DNA of 64,000 bases, taken from positions 180,145-244,144 of the forward strand of contig CAVPOP010000001.1 in the NCBI GenBank assembly GCA_963707115.1. Reading direction: 5' to 3'. The notes beneath the pieces are model-generated. The model made no database searches. It was not told where the DNA came from and saw only the letters and a program-made list of their open reading frames with translations. How positions within the stretch are numbered: the first letter of the stretch is position 1; each line of letters starts with the position of its first letter. The DNA is from an uncultured Gammaproteobacteria bacterium. Lineage in GTDB: Bacteria > Pseudomonadota > Gammaproteobacteria > Steroidobacterales > Steroidobacteraceae. Positions 1 through 9,215 of this stretch are shown here, one piece after another. The position numbers and the translations under genes are program-made.

Positions 1-179
1 ACCGCCGTGACGCTGACGTGACACTCTTTTAATGAGAATTTGATCCGAATTGGGGGATTATTGTTAAGCCCCGCTCGCGCAGCATCGACCGGCGCGTGTA
101 GGACGTGGTTGAATCTTCGCACCGCGCAAATGTCCAACCCGCGGGGATCGGTTCCAACCTCAAACAGGTGCATTGCTCC

Positions 180-2555
180 ATGCGATCTAAGAATGCCATT
201 GGGCTGCTGCTGAAACAGTCAGTCCTGTCACTCGGCCTCGCCGCATCGGTGGCATCAGCGCAGATTAGCTTCACTGACGTCACCGATGCCGCGGGCGTTA
301 CGCATTCCAGCGAGAGCTACGGCGCCTCGTTTGGTGATCTAAATGGCGATGGCTTCCTGGATATCTACTCCAGCAACCATCGCACACGGGACAGCCTTTT
401 CTTGAATAGAGGCAATGGGACTTTCGTTGACGTCGCGACCCAGACGATGGATTGGCAGAATCGCCCGAACGCGGACACGCACGGAGCCAGCTGGGCGGAC
501 TACAACAACGACGGCCACCAGGATCTGATGGTGAGTACCGGAACGGGCAATCTCAGCATGTTTCTCGTGAACGAGAATCAGCGGCTGATCGACCTCACGG
601 TGCCGCTGGGGCTCGGTGAGGCCAACCTTGGCGGGCGCCTGCCGGTCTGGCTGGACTATGACAACGATCACCTGCTCGATGTGGTCGTGACCCAATACGG
701 CGGCATCGCCAAGCTGTTCCACCAGCTTCCCGGAGGCACGTTCGTCGACAACACCTCGGCGGCGAAATTGCTGTGTGTACGATTCATGTACGCGCACCTG
801 TTCGACGCCAACGGGGACGGCAACCTGGATTTCCTTTGCCCGGACGAGACCAACTTTCCCCAGAAGATCTACGACCCCACGAAGTTCCCGTGGAAGAAAC
901 TGTTCGACAGTGCCACGCCGAGTTCATTCTTTCCGATCGTCCCGCAGGTTGCCGATTCCGTCGTCGCGGATTTCAACAACGACGGGCGCATGGACATCTT
1001 CCTGTTGAGCAATGTGCAGCTGCGCCCCTCGTCCGTGGTTCGGGGCGGCACCAACAACTTCGAATCACTCCTGGCCGGTGGCAGCAAGGGGTTTAAGTTC
1101 GTGAGCACCGGCGTAGTGACCTTCAGTGTTGACTGGAACAAGGTCGATGAGGCCGCGGGCACCGACATTACCAAGATTCAAATCGGTTCGAACGGGCATC
1201 ACCCCTCGGCGCAGACCTTCGCCCTCGATCCGAATGACCCGACCGTGGCGGGCTCGCCGCCGCCGCCGACCGATGCCTCGACCCTGCCCATCATGCAGAT
1301 CGCCTATACGCCGACCAGCCACCTGTGGACGGCCAAGATCATCACCAAGCTGACGCCGACGAGCCCGAGCATATTCAGCCAGGGCTATTTCCAGGTCAGT
1401 TCGACGGCGCCGATCACGGCACTGGCAGGCACGGGCCTGTGGCCCAGCGACAAGGCCGCCAGGCCCACATTGCTGCTCAATACCCCCGGCAAGTACGTCG
1501 ACGCGACGGTGGCCGCACACCTCGACACCCCCGTGCAATGCTCGAGCGTCACCGCGGGCGATTTCGACAACGACATGTACATCGATCTGTACCTGGCCTG
1601 CCGGACCGGCGCCAGCAACATCCCCAATATTCTTTACCACAACAACGGCGACGGCACCTTTACCGCCGTGCCCGACGCCGGTGGAGCCGCCGGACCGATA
1701 GGATTGGCAATTGCGGACGGTGCGGGTACCGCGGATTCCGTGATCAGCGGTGACTATGACGTGGACGGGTTCCTGGATCTGTTTGTCACCAATGGCTTCA
1801 ATCTGCGCCCGCTCTATATCGGCGGACCGGTCAAGCTGTACCACAACAACGGCAATCACAACCACTGGATCGAGTTGGACCTCGTGGCCATTAATTCAGA
1901 CCGCGACGCCACCGGAGCGCGGGTCTCCGCAACCGCTCTCGGTGTAACCCAGTACCGCGTCCAGGATGGCCGCTATCACCGTTGGTCGCAGGATGCCAAA
2001 CGCATGCACTTTGGCTTGGCCGGAGCGGCCGCGGCCAATATCACGATCACCTGGCCGAGCGGTGCCGTACAAACGTTTCCAAATGTCGCCGCCGATAAGC
2101 TCTATACCATTACGGAAGGCGTGCCTATCCCGGCACCGGTGGCCTTGGGCGTAGCGCCGGCCTATCCGTGCGGTTCGCCCAACCTAAATGGCGCCATCGA
2201 TTCGGGTGTGTACATCTGGAGAGACTGCCCCTCGGGCGAATGGCGCCTCAAGACGGCGGTCGCCGGGGGCACCAATACCTTTAGCGGAACGATAATGTCC
2301 AACGAGAACTACTCGGGTGTGGCGGGTGTCGGCATCAGCGGGTCCGACGTCGTGAATAACTCGATTCCGAATGAGATATCGTTCACCTTCTACACTAAGG
2401 GTACAAATACCGACGGCGTCAACTTTACGCCCGTGAATTTCAGCAGTAGTTGCCTGACCATTACTGCGCCGGCCTCTATCCCGGTGTTCTTCGGTCCGTT
2501 CCGTATTCCCGAGCCCAAGAACTTCAGTCTCGAGACTCAGTCGGCCTGCCCATAG
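180..2555 (+). CDS. Secreted FG-GAP/VCBS-repeat protein with C-terminal ASPIC/UnbV-like domain (CRTAC1-type)
   Basis: ORF 105..2555. The internal ATG at 180 gives a signal-like N-terminus (MRSKNAIGLLLKQSVLSLGLAASVASAQ). Seven or more DxNxDGxxD-type repeats are present (GDLNGDGFLDIY, ADYNNDGHQDLM, ADFNNDGRMDIF, GDFDNDMYIDLY, GDYDVDGFLDLF). The NHWIELDL...TGARV...RMHFGL...ITWPSG block is typical of ASPIC/UnbV. Confidence 0.7.
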   Translation: MRSKNAIGLLLKQSVLSLGLAASVASAQISFTDVTDAAGVTHSSESYGASFGDLNGDGFLDIYSSNHRTRDSLFLNRGNGTFVDVATQTMDWQNRPNADTHGASWADYNNDGHQDLMVSTGTGNLSMFLVNENQRLIDLTVPLGLGEANLGGRLPVWLDYDNDHLLDVVVTQYGGIAKLFHQLPGGTFVDNTSAAKLLCVRFMYAHLFDANGDGNLDFLCPDETNFPQKIYDPTKFPWKKLFDSATPSSFFPIVPQVADSVVADFNNDGRMDIFLLSNVQLRPSSVVRGGTNNFESLLAGGSKGFKFVSTGVVTFSVDWNKVDEAAGTDITKIQIGSNGHHPSAQTFALDPNDPTVAGSPPPPTDASTLPIMQIAYTPTSHLWTAKIITKLTPTSPSIFSQGYFQVSSTAPITALAGTGLWPSDKAARPTLLLNTPGKYVDATVAAHLDTPVQCSSVTAGDFDNDMYIDLYLACRTGASNIPNILYHNNGDGTFTAVPDAGGAAGPIGLAIADGAGTADSVISGDYDVDGFLDLFVTNGFNLRPLYIGGPVKLYHNNGNHNHWIELDLVAINSDRDATGARVSATALGVTQYRVQDGRYHRWSQDAKRMHFGLAGAAAANITITWPSGAVQTFPNVAADKLYTITEGVPIPAPVALGVAPAYPCGSPNLNGAIDSGVYIWRDCPSGEWRLKTAVAGGTNTFSGTIMSNENYSGVAGVGISGSDVVNNSIPNEISFTFYTKGTNTDGVNFTPVNFSSSCLTITAPASIPVFFGPFRIPEPKNFSLETQSACP

Positions 2556-2725
2556 CGGATTGCCGCCGGCCCCGACTTGGTCCGGCTCGAATGACTGAGC
2601 AAACTCCGGACGTCGAGTCCGACATCGAGTCCACTATTCCCTGCACCAAGACGAGACGCCGGCAACTTCCTCGCCACCGCCGATCAATTTGCTCGTGGAA
2701 TTCCTAACCAGAGGCGCTGTCTGAA

Positions 2726-5269
2726 ATGCAGGTCAAACAGGCCAGGCCTGGTGCCGGTGCGGCACCCATAGTGTCCGGAACAGCCAGCTCTGCCGATCTC
2801 GCCACGGCATCGGTTCCCGACGCGCTGAAGGCCCTCGGCGTAAACCCTGATACCGGACTGGCACCCGCCGAAGTAGACGCCCGGCGCAAGTCGTACGGCT
2901 ACAACGAAGTGGCTGACCGAAAGCGGCAATCGATCCGTAAGTTCCTCGGGAAATTCTGGGGTATGTCGGCCTGGATGCTCGAGCTGATCATGGTACTTTC
3001 CGCCTTCCTGCGAAAATACTCAGATCTGGCCGTGGTAGGTGCGCTCCTCGTCATCAACGCGATCCTGAGTTTTTCACAGGAGCATCGCGCGGCCGGAGTC
3101 GTTGACGCCCTGCGGCGACGCCTGCAGGTCAGCGCGCGCGTCCGGCGCGAATCCAACTGGCAGCTCGTTCCAGCGCGCGAGCTCGTCCCTGGTGACATCG
3201 TCCGGGCTCGAACCGGCGACATTATCCCTGCGGACCTGAAGCTCCTGACCGGATCCCTCACTGTGGACCAGTCGGCCCTGACCGGCGAATCCAAGGACGC
3301 CGAAAAGGCGCCGGGCGAAGTCTTGCCTTCAGGATCGATCGTCCGCCGAGGCGAAGGCAACGCTGTCGTCATGTTGACGGGCGCACACACCTTCTATGGC
3401 CGAACCACGGAACTGGTACAGAGTGCGCGTCCGACGCTGCATATCGAGGCCGTGGTGGCCGGCGTCGTGCGCTGGTTGTTTGCCATTGTTGGCGCACTTC
3501 TCGCCATCGTCATTGCCGTCTCCCTGATCCGTGGGGCGCCACTGTTGGAGATGGTCCCGTTGTTGCTCGTCCTGCTGATGAGTGCCGTACCGGTGGCGCT
3601 GCCGGTCATGTTCACCGTCAGCATGGCAGTGGGATCGCGCGAGCTGGCAAAGCGTGGCGTGCTGGTCACGCGCCTCAGCGCCGCAGAGGATGCCGCGACG
3701 ATGGACGTGCTCTGCGTCGACAAGACCGGAACGATCACCATGAATCGGCTCGCTGTCGCCGGCGTGATTCCACGCGCCGGGGCATCGCAAATCGACGTGC
3801 TGTCCGCCGGTGCGCTCGCGTCGGAGGAAGCCAACCAGGATCCCATTGACCTCGCCTTCCTGGCCGCGGCCAGGGACCGGCACATTTTCGACGGCCAGCC
3901 CAGAGCGTCTCCGGTCTCGTTCGCGCCCTTCGACGCCGCCAATCGCCGCACCGAGGCCGTGGTTGAGGTGAATGGACAGCGGCTGCGAGTAATGAAAGGC
4001 GCCGTCCGGACCGTCGCCACGGCCTGCGGGCTGCAGCCACCCGACATCGAGGCTCTTGAGGCACAGGTCCGCGCATCGGCTCTGAAGGGCTATCGCACAC
4101 TGGCCGTAGCACACGGCGCCGAGACGGGCACCCCTACCTTGATCGGACTGGTGAACTTGTACGATCCGCCCCGACCGGATGCCAAGGCGCTCGTCGGCGC
4201 TCTGCGCGGCCTTGGTGTCTCGGTGAAAATGCTCACTGGTGACGCCCTGGCCGTCGCCAGCGAGATCGCCCGCGGCGTTGGCTTGCCCAACATCCGGCGG
4301 GCGGCGGACCTCAAGGCGGAAGGCGCCCGCGCCGGCAACGCGGCAGTCGATCTGCTGGCGGACGCCGACGGCCTGGCTGAGGTGTATCCAGAGGACAAAT
4401 TCGTCGTCGTGCAACACCTGCAGGCGGCGGGGCATGTGACTGGCATGACCGGCGATGGCGTGAACGATGCACCGGCGTTGCGCCAGGCCGAGGTGGGTAT
4501 CGCCGTCAGTTCCGCGACCGATGTTGCCAAGGGTGCCGCCAGCGTCGTGCTCACCGACGCCGGACTGACCAATATCGTTGCCCTGGTCGAGCAGGGCCGC
4601 ACGATCTACCAGCGGATTCTGACATGGATCATCAACAAGATCAGCCGGACGATCCTGAAGTCGGCCTTTGTGGCGATCGCCTTTCTGTTGACAGGCAAAT
4701 TTGTGGTTTCCGCCTTTGCCATGCTTCTGCTCGTATTCATGACGGACTTCGCCAAGGTCGCCCTTGCCACCGATCGCGTTCGGCCATCGGTGAAGCCGGA
4801 GACCTGGAACATCGGCGGCTTCGTGGTGCTTGCAGTCGTGCTCGGCCTTGCAATGGTCGTCGAAGCGTTGCTCCTGCTGTGGCTCGGCTGGTCGCGCTGT
4901 GGGCTGGCAGCCAACAACGAGGCGCTCTATACGTTCAGTTTCCTGACGCTGCTGTATTTCGCCGTGTTCTCGATTGTTTCTGCGCGGGAGCGTCGCTGGT
5001 TCTGGGCGACGGCTCCCAGCAAGATATTGCTGGCAGCCCTGCTGGCGGACATGATGATCGGAACTGCACTGACGTATGCAGGACTTCCGGATCTCATGCC
5101 GTTGCCGGCATGGCAGGTGCTCGCCATTTTCGCCTATGCAATGATTTCGTGCCTTGCCGTGAATGATGCGATCAAGGTGCTGCTGATCAAATGGCGCATT
5201 CCCACCACCGCCACGGTTATGCTCGCGGCATCGCGATCGCGGCCAAAGGAGTCATCCGATGAAGTTTGA
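2726..5269 (+). CDS. P-type cation-transporting ATPase (type IIIA H+/Mg-like)
   Basis: 847-aa ORF with TGES, DKTGTIT (phospho-Asp site), MLTGD and GDGVNDAPAL motifs. It has multiple TM segments, and the N-terminus (GLAPAEVDARRKSYGYNEV) is typical of proton-efflux type pumps. Confidence 0.9.
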   Translation: MQVKQARPGAGAAPIVSGTASSADLATASVPDALKALGVNPDTGLAPAEVDARRKSYGYNEVADRKRQSIRKFLGKFWGMSAWMLELIMVLSAFLRKYSDLAVVGALLVINAILSFSQEHRAAGVVDALRRRLQVSARVRRESNWQLVPARELVPGDIVRARTGDIIPADLKLLTGSLTVDQSALTGESKDAEKAPGEVLPSGSIVRRGEGNAVVMLTGAHTFYGRTTELVQSARPTLHIEAVVAGVVRWLFAIVGALLAIVIAVSLIRGAPLLEMVPLLLVLLMSAVPVALPVMFTVSMAVGSRELAKRGVLVTRLSAAEDAATMDVLCVDKTGTITMNRLAVAGVIPRAGASQIDVLSAGALASEEANQDPIDLAFLAAARDRHIFDGQPRASPVSFAPFDAANRRTEAVVEVNGQRLRVMKGAVRTVATACGLQPPDIEALEAQVRASALKGYRTLAVAHGAETGTPTLIGLVNLYDPPRPDAKALVGALRGLGVSVKMLTGDALAVASEIARGVGLPNIRRAADLKAEGARAGNAAVDLLADADGLAEVYPEDKFVVVQHLQAAGHVTGMTGDGVNDAPALRQAEVGIAVSSATDVAKGAASVVLTDAGLTNIVALVEQGRTIYQRILTWIINKISRTILKSAFVAIAFLLTGKFVVSAFAMLLLVFMTDFAKVALATDRVRPSVKPETWNIGGFVVLAVVLGLAMVVEALLLLWLGWSRCGLAANNEALYTFSFLTLLYFAVFSIVSARERRWFWATAPSKILLAALLADMMIGTALTYAGLPDLMPLPAWQVLAIFAYAMISCLAVNDAIKVLLIKWRIPTTATVMLAASRSRPKESSDEV

Positions 5270-5431
5270 ATGCGACACGTTTTTCCTAGTGGAGGGCAAG
5301 AGCGCCAGGCTTGACACGCCGCCGACGACCGTCGAGCCACTGTACAGATCGGGCAAGCATTATCGGAAGCTGATCCAAAGGCCATGGATGCGTCTGGCAA
5401 AGACAGCGCCATCAAGCATGTGATGTCCTGT
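5258..5431 (+). pseudogene. Possible N-terminal stump of a polyphosphate kinase 2 (PPK2) family gene
   Basis: 57-codon ORF overlapping the ATPase stop. [40 protein letters not shown] resembles, from memory, only the first ~50 residues of PPK2-family proteins. No Walker-type core follows. Confidence 0.35.
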
Positions 5432-5810
5432 GTCAATCCGCAGGGCTGCTAGGCATTTAGCTTCAGCCACGCCGGCGGATACGCTTGGCGCTAGTGTTTC
5501 GATGACCCATTGAGGCCAGGTCAACCATGTGTCCGGTATAAAACGTCAACGATGTGACCCGAACGGACCTCTCGAGAGCCGATTCAGGCAGCCTATAGCT
5601 GCCAGATGCGCTTCCACAAAGCCGACTCTCGGCGCCCAGGGGGTGACTGACGCGCCGCATTACCAGCACGCCCGGCCGCGTTAATAGGTCATGTTCCTCG
5701 TCAGTGGCTCTCGCTGGCGCTCTTGTAGCTTGGCTGCCCAATATTCCTACTCCGTGAACAGCAGTGGTATCCGGCGCACCAGGATGGGCTCAACCAATTG
5801 GATGCTCCAC

Positions 5811-5869
5811 GTGCTAGCACTGCTTGCATCCAGGTTTATCCGGCGCTATCATTGCTAGCATCTGGATGC
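5811..5869. promoter_or_regulatory. Candidate operator/promoter region of the fitA/vapB-vapC operon
   Basis: Two copies of the 8-bp palindrome TGCTAGCA (5812..5819 and 5853..5860), plus an 8-bp inverted repeat GCATCCAG/CTGGATGC (5826..5833 and 5862..5869). All lie 15-70 bp upstream of the antitoxin ATG. Confidence 0.45.
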
Positions 5870-5883
5870 CTGGGAGCAGAAGG

Positions 5884-6105
5884 ATGGCGCAGCTAATGGT
5901 TCGTAAGGTAGCGGACGAATTGGTCAAGGCACTAAAGCAGCGTGCTGCGAAAAACAATCGCAGCGCTGAACAGGAACATCGGGAGATTCTGCAATCTGCG
6001 CTTCGAGGTCCCCGGCGACGGGCTCTGGCTGATGTACTGGCATCTATGCCTGACGTTGGCCACGACAAGGACTTCGCTAGAATGCAAGTAGATCGCCGAG
6101 GCTGA
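5884..6105 (+). CDS. Ribbon-helix-helix antitoxin (FitA/VapB-like)
   Basis: ATG at 5884 gives MAQLMVRKVADELVKALKQRAAKNNRSAEQEHREIL, an Arc/MetJ-type RHH N-terminus. It ends 2 nt before the PIN toxin gene. Confidence 0.7.
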   Translation: MAQLMVRKVADELVKALKQRAAKNNRSAEQEHREILQSALRGPRRRALADVLASMPDVGHDKDFARMQVDRRG

Positions 6106-6107
6106 TT

Positions 6108-6524
6108 GTGCTTCTGGTGGATACCGATGTGATCAGCGAAGCGCGCAAGGGCGACAAGGCCAATGCCGGCGTGCGCGAGTTCTTTGACAACGCGAGTCGG
6201 AACAACATTGCCCTGTTCTTATCCGCAATTACGATTGGCGAACTTCGGCAGGGAGTAGAAATTATCAGGCACCGCGGTGATTCCGCGCAGTCTGCGCGTC
6301 TTGAGCGCTGGCTTGATCGCCTAACCGTCGATTATGCAGATGCCATCTTGCCCTTTGATCAAGAGGCGGCCCAGATCTGGGGACGACTGCGAGCGCCACA
6401 TCCTGAAAACCCGCTCGACAAGCAGATCGCGGCTACAGCGCTGATCCACGACCTGACTGTGGTGACCCGGAATACCGACCACTACCGACCTACCGGGGTC
6501 CCGCTGATCAATCCCTTCAATTAG
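6108..6524 (+). CDS. vapC: PIN-domain type II toxin (VapC/FitB-like ribonuclease)
   Basis: GTG start. The LLVDTDVISE N-terminus carries the first acidic PIN residue and ...LTVVTRNTDHY... is the C-terminal PIN motif. 138 aa, paired with the upstream RHH antitoxin. Confidence 0.85.
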   Translation: MLLVDTDVISEARKGDKANAGVREFFDNASRNNIALFLSAITIGELRQGVEIIRHRGDSAQSARLERWLDRLTVDYADAILPFDQEAAQIWGRLRAPHPENPLDKQIAATALIHDLTVVTRNTDHYRPTGVPLINPFN

Positions 6525-6756
6525 CGGAATGGAATGGCGCTCGTGGCCCAGTGGGCCAGCTGGCCCAGAGGTTGACCAACACGACCTTGCCGCGCAGCGC
6601 TGCGAGATCGAGCGTTGCCCCGTCAAGTTGCCTGGCAATCAACGACGGTGCCCGCTGACCCACGTCGTCGGGCGCACCCATCGCCAGGCTCGCCACAAAC
6701 AGCGCCGCATTGCTCGCCATGCCGGCGATCGTGAATCGTTGGAGACGACGCACCAT
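6517..6756 (-). pseudogene. Truncated TlpA/ResA-like periplasmic thioredoxin-fold gene
   Basis: Signal-like N-terminus, then ...LRGKVVLVNLWASW..., the canonical lead-in to the WCxxC active site. The cysteines are absent (WASWPTGPRAPF) and the ORF stops after 79 aa inside the 3' end of vapC. Confidence 0.45.
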
Positions 6757-6768
6757 CTCTGGTTCTGC

Positions 6769-7776
6769 CTACATTCGATAGCTCACGTTCACTCGCCAGA
6801 ACTGAGAACTGACCAGTTGGTTGCCGCTCACATTGGTGATCAGCGGCAGACCCACGTCAACAAAAACCGACATCTTGGAGACGTCCAGTTGCACGCCGGG
6901 GTTCACCAGGAGCCGGGTATAGCCGCTGTCTTCGGGATGTCCGTCCGGCCCACCGTCGTGGCCGCGATAGGTGCCGTTAATCTGCAGCACCGGCGCGATC
7001 TTGACGGCCTGTGATACCTGCCAGCCCTCGTAGTACGCGCCCGCCGTTGCGACCACCTCATCGCCCGGGCGGAAGTTGGATTTGTGGCTCACCGGCTCAT
7101 CCCACTGGGCCTGCAGGAAGTAGCGCCATTGGCCATCCGAGCTGAGGTTGCCTTGGTGGTAGCCACCGAGCAGCAGATCCGTGCTTCCGGAACCGATGGA
7201 GGTATCGGGATCAAACCCCGGATAGTCGGTCTCTCCGTTGGCCAATTTGACACCAAAGGTGAGGCCCGTCGACATGTCGGGCGAAAATCCGGTGTAGTAA
7301 CCCTTGATGCGGATGTCGCCGATGGCCCCGTGCGTGTAATCGACGAGATCGCCCGAATCTTCGTCCACCGTCTTAAAGTACCGGTCCCAGTAAGGAATTT
7401 CGACCGAGGCTCCCCAGGACCGATTGAATTGGTACTGCAGGCCGGCATTCATGAAGCTGGTGCGGATGTGCTTGTCGTCATTGTTTTCGGGAGGGGCCTG
7501 AGAGGTCCCGCTCCAGTTCTTGTTCTGGTCGATGTAGTCGTATTCGATGAAGGGCATCGCGCCCGAATGCTGGGGAAACATCGAGGCCGTGCCGACATCG
7601 AATAATCCGCAACCACAGCCGCAGGCGAGGGTTGCCACAGGCGCCAGGCCCAGCAACAGAACAAGCGCCCGGGCACGCCATGCTGCGGCATTGTTCGAAC
7701 CAATGGAGTCGCGAGACAGCGCAAGCCGCCCCGCACGTGCAGACGTTGAGTACATGAGAATCTCCCTGAAAGCCAC
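6769..7776 (-). CDS. Outer-membrane beta-barrel protein (MetA-pathway/transporter-like)
   Basis: 335 aa with a signal peptide followed by the Cys-Gly run LACGCGCGLFDVG. Alternating aromatic/polar beta-strand pattern throughout (YWDRYF, YYTGFS, YFLQAQW, VNVSYRM). Family assignment is tentative. Confidence 0.5.
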   Translation of the reverse strand: MAFREILMYSTSARAGRLALSRDSIGSNNAAAWRARALVLLLGLAPVATLACGCGCGLFDVGTASMFPQHSGAMPFIEYDYIDQNKNWSGTSQAPPENNDDKHIRTSFMNAGLQYQFNRSWGASVEIPYWDRYFKTVDEDSGDLVDYTHGAIGDIRIKGYYTGFSPDMSTGLTFGVKLANGETDYPGFDPDTSIGSGSTDLLLGGYHQGNLSSDGQWRYFLQAQWDEPVSHKSNFRPGDEVVATAGAYYEGWQVSQAVKIAPVLQINGTYRGHDGGPDGHPEDSGYTRLLVNPGVQLDVSKMSVFVDVGLPLITNVSGNQLVSSQFWRVNVSYRM

Positions 7777-7846
7777 CTACGACGGCTCGTGCGTCCGTCT
7801 GGCAGGTGCCAAACGGCGGCGCCGAGCGCCTAATCGCCCATTCGTA

Positions 7847-8227
7847 CTAGGCGAGTAGCGGTGGTCCGCGCGGGGCGGAATATCGGGGAGGGGCCTCGGA
7901 AACGACGGACCGTTCCAGGAACGGCACCATCAGGTTTGGTGCCGCGGGCACCACAGCAATAGCGAGCTGGGAAGGAAGCGGCGCGGCACCAGCGCTTACG
8001 GCATAGGGACATGGCGAATCGGAGCCTGAGCCGGACTTTCCGTGGTGCCCTTGGTGAGCCGATCCCGATATGCCACCATTGCAGACCACAAGCTGCGTGT
8101 GGCCATTCACCGTCCCCGGCATGAAGCCGGTAGGAATCAGCGCGCGCGCGACGAACGCAATGCACGCCAGCGCCGCGAAGCACTCGCGGATCGGACTACG
8201 AAGTAATCTGGCCCGATTTCGGCTCAT
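7847..8227 (-). CDS. DUF2946-like small exported protein (copper-associated family)
   Basis: Internal ATG at 8227 gives MSRNRARLLRSPIRECFAALACIAFVARALIPTGFMP..., a TM/signal segment. A His-rich stretch (HQGHHGKSGSGS) and a CP motif follow. Family recalled from memory. Confidence 0.45.
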   Translation of the reverse strand: MSRNRARLLRSPIRECFAALACIAFVARALIPTGFMPGTVNGHTQLVVCNGGISGSAHQGHHGKSGSGSDSPCPYAVSAGAAPLPSQLAIAVVPAAPNLMVPFLERSVVSEAPPRYSAPRGPPLLA

Positions 8228-8366
8228 ACGGTCGCACTCTGCGGCGCACAAACTCGACTTGGCAAGCGGGGTGAATACGGTAGCTCCTGTGCCCATCCCA
8301 GAACCGGCGCCCCTGCGTCTGCATTACTATCATAACGCGCCCTATTGGCGGAACCCCGATGCCACC

Positions 8367-8834
8367 TCACGCCGCAACTTTGTCGCATTCCTTTGCGCAC
8401 TGCGCACAGGCTTCCCCACATTCTCGGCATACCTGATGCTTCTCGTGCTTGTCGCACTCGGCCTTGCAGTCGCGGCATACACTGCCCACTACCTTGGCTA
8501 GCGCCGCAACGTGAGGCGAGTTCGCGGCGGCAAGTTCGCGCAACGCCGCGCACGTAGCGATGGTGTCACGGACCGTCTTCGCGCAGGCGGCCAGCTCCTT
8601 GTCCCCCTGCCCCAGCAGCGTCAGGCAATGGCTCAGGCAAGCATCTCCGGTACTCACACATTTCGATGTCGTCGCAACCAATGCGACGTACTTGCCGCTC
8701 GCGGTGGCGTGATCGTGCATGGCCGGCGTGGTCTGCATTTCGTGGGCGGGCTGTGTATCCGCAGCAACGGCGGCCGTGGTTATAGACGCGAGGCCCCCGG
8801 CGGTGACGAGGTCCAGTACTTCACGACGGTTCAT
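8367..8834 (-). CDS. Tat-exported four-helix-bundle copper storage protein (Csp1/DUF326-like)
   Basis: N-terminal twin-arginine signal (MNRREVLDLVTAGGLASITTAAVAA). The mature part is helical with 13 Cys by hand count, in CxxxC/CxxC spacing (CRDCKAECDKHEKHQVCRECGEACAQCAKEC). Confidence 0.7.
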   Translation of the reverse strand: MNRREVLDLVTAGGLASITTAAVAADTQPAHEMQTTPAMHDHATASGKYVALVATTSKCVSTGDACLSHCLTLLGQGDKELAACAKTVRDTIATCAALRELAAANSPHVAALAKVVGSVCRDCKAECDKHEKHQVCRECGEACAQCAKECDKVAA

Positions 8835-9130
8835 GTTTGCTGAACTCCCTCGAAGGTCGCGTGCATTATGTCACGTGATTCGAGACGATTGCACGTCCAA
8901 CCTCCTTCACGCTCTCTACGTCGCCGGTAGTACCTGGCGCTTCCTTCTGCGTCCCTCAATGATGAAATCTATCGCCAACGCGTGCGCGAGCATCTGGCCG
9001 GTAGTCAACGCAGCCATGCGCGCGCCTCGCCTGGATCCCTTGTGAATGGCCGCGTGTGCGATCTTTCGGGTGGCTTCCACGCGTTGGGCGAGCGCGTGGA
9101 GGCAAAACTGGCATGAGCACGGTGATGCTG

Positions 9131-9176
9131 GTCCTGCACTGACATAAGGAAACTCGGCACCACGCCCATTCGGCAT
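9131..9176 (-). terminator. Rho-independent terminator downstream of the alpha/beta hydrolase gene
   Basis: 10-bp perfect stem CTCGGCACCA (9144..9153) / TGGTGCCGAG (9167..9176), followed on the minus strand by TTTCCTTAT. Confidence 0.55.
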
Positions 9177-9215
9177 GGTGCCGAGTCCTGATCCAGCACC
9201 TTGCAAGATCCAGCG

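Noticed and set aside
5463-5741. 92-aa minus-strand ORF in the low-GC spacer; possible decayed tyrosine-recombinase C-terminus (EHDLLTRPGVLVM..., ...MGHRNTS...)
   Set aside because: The resemblance to the HxLRHT / LGH boxes is too loose to call by eye, and there is no catalytic Tyr context. I treat the region as non-coding or decayed DNA within the TA scar.
8916-9206. 96-aa minus-strand ORF between the Csp-like and hydrolase genes; possible CsoR/RcnR-like copper repressor
   Set aside because: There is only a weak resemblance (RVEATRKIAHAAI vs the RIEGQVRGI-type helix). The conserved Cys is missing, the ORF would have to read through the terminator hairpin at 9144..9176, and no good start follows it. 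The evidence is insufficient.
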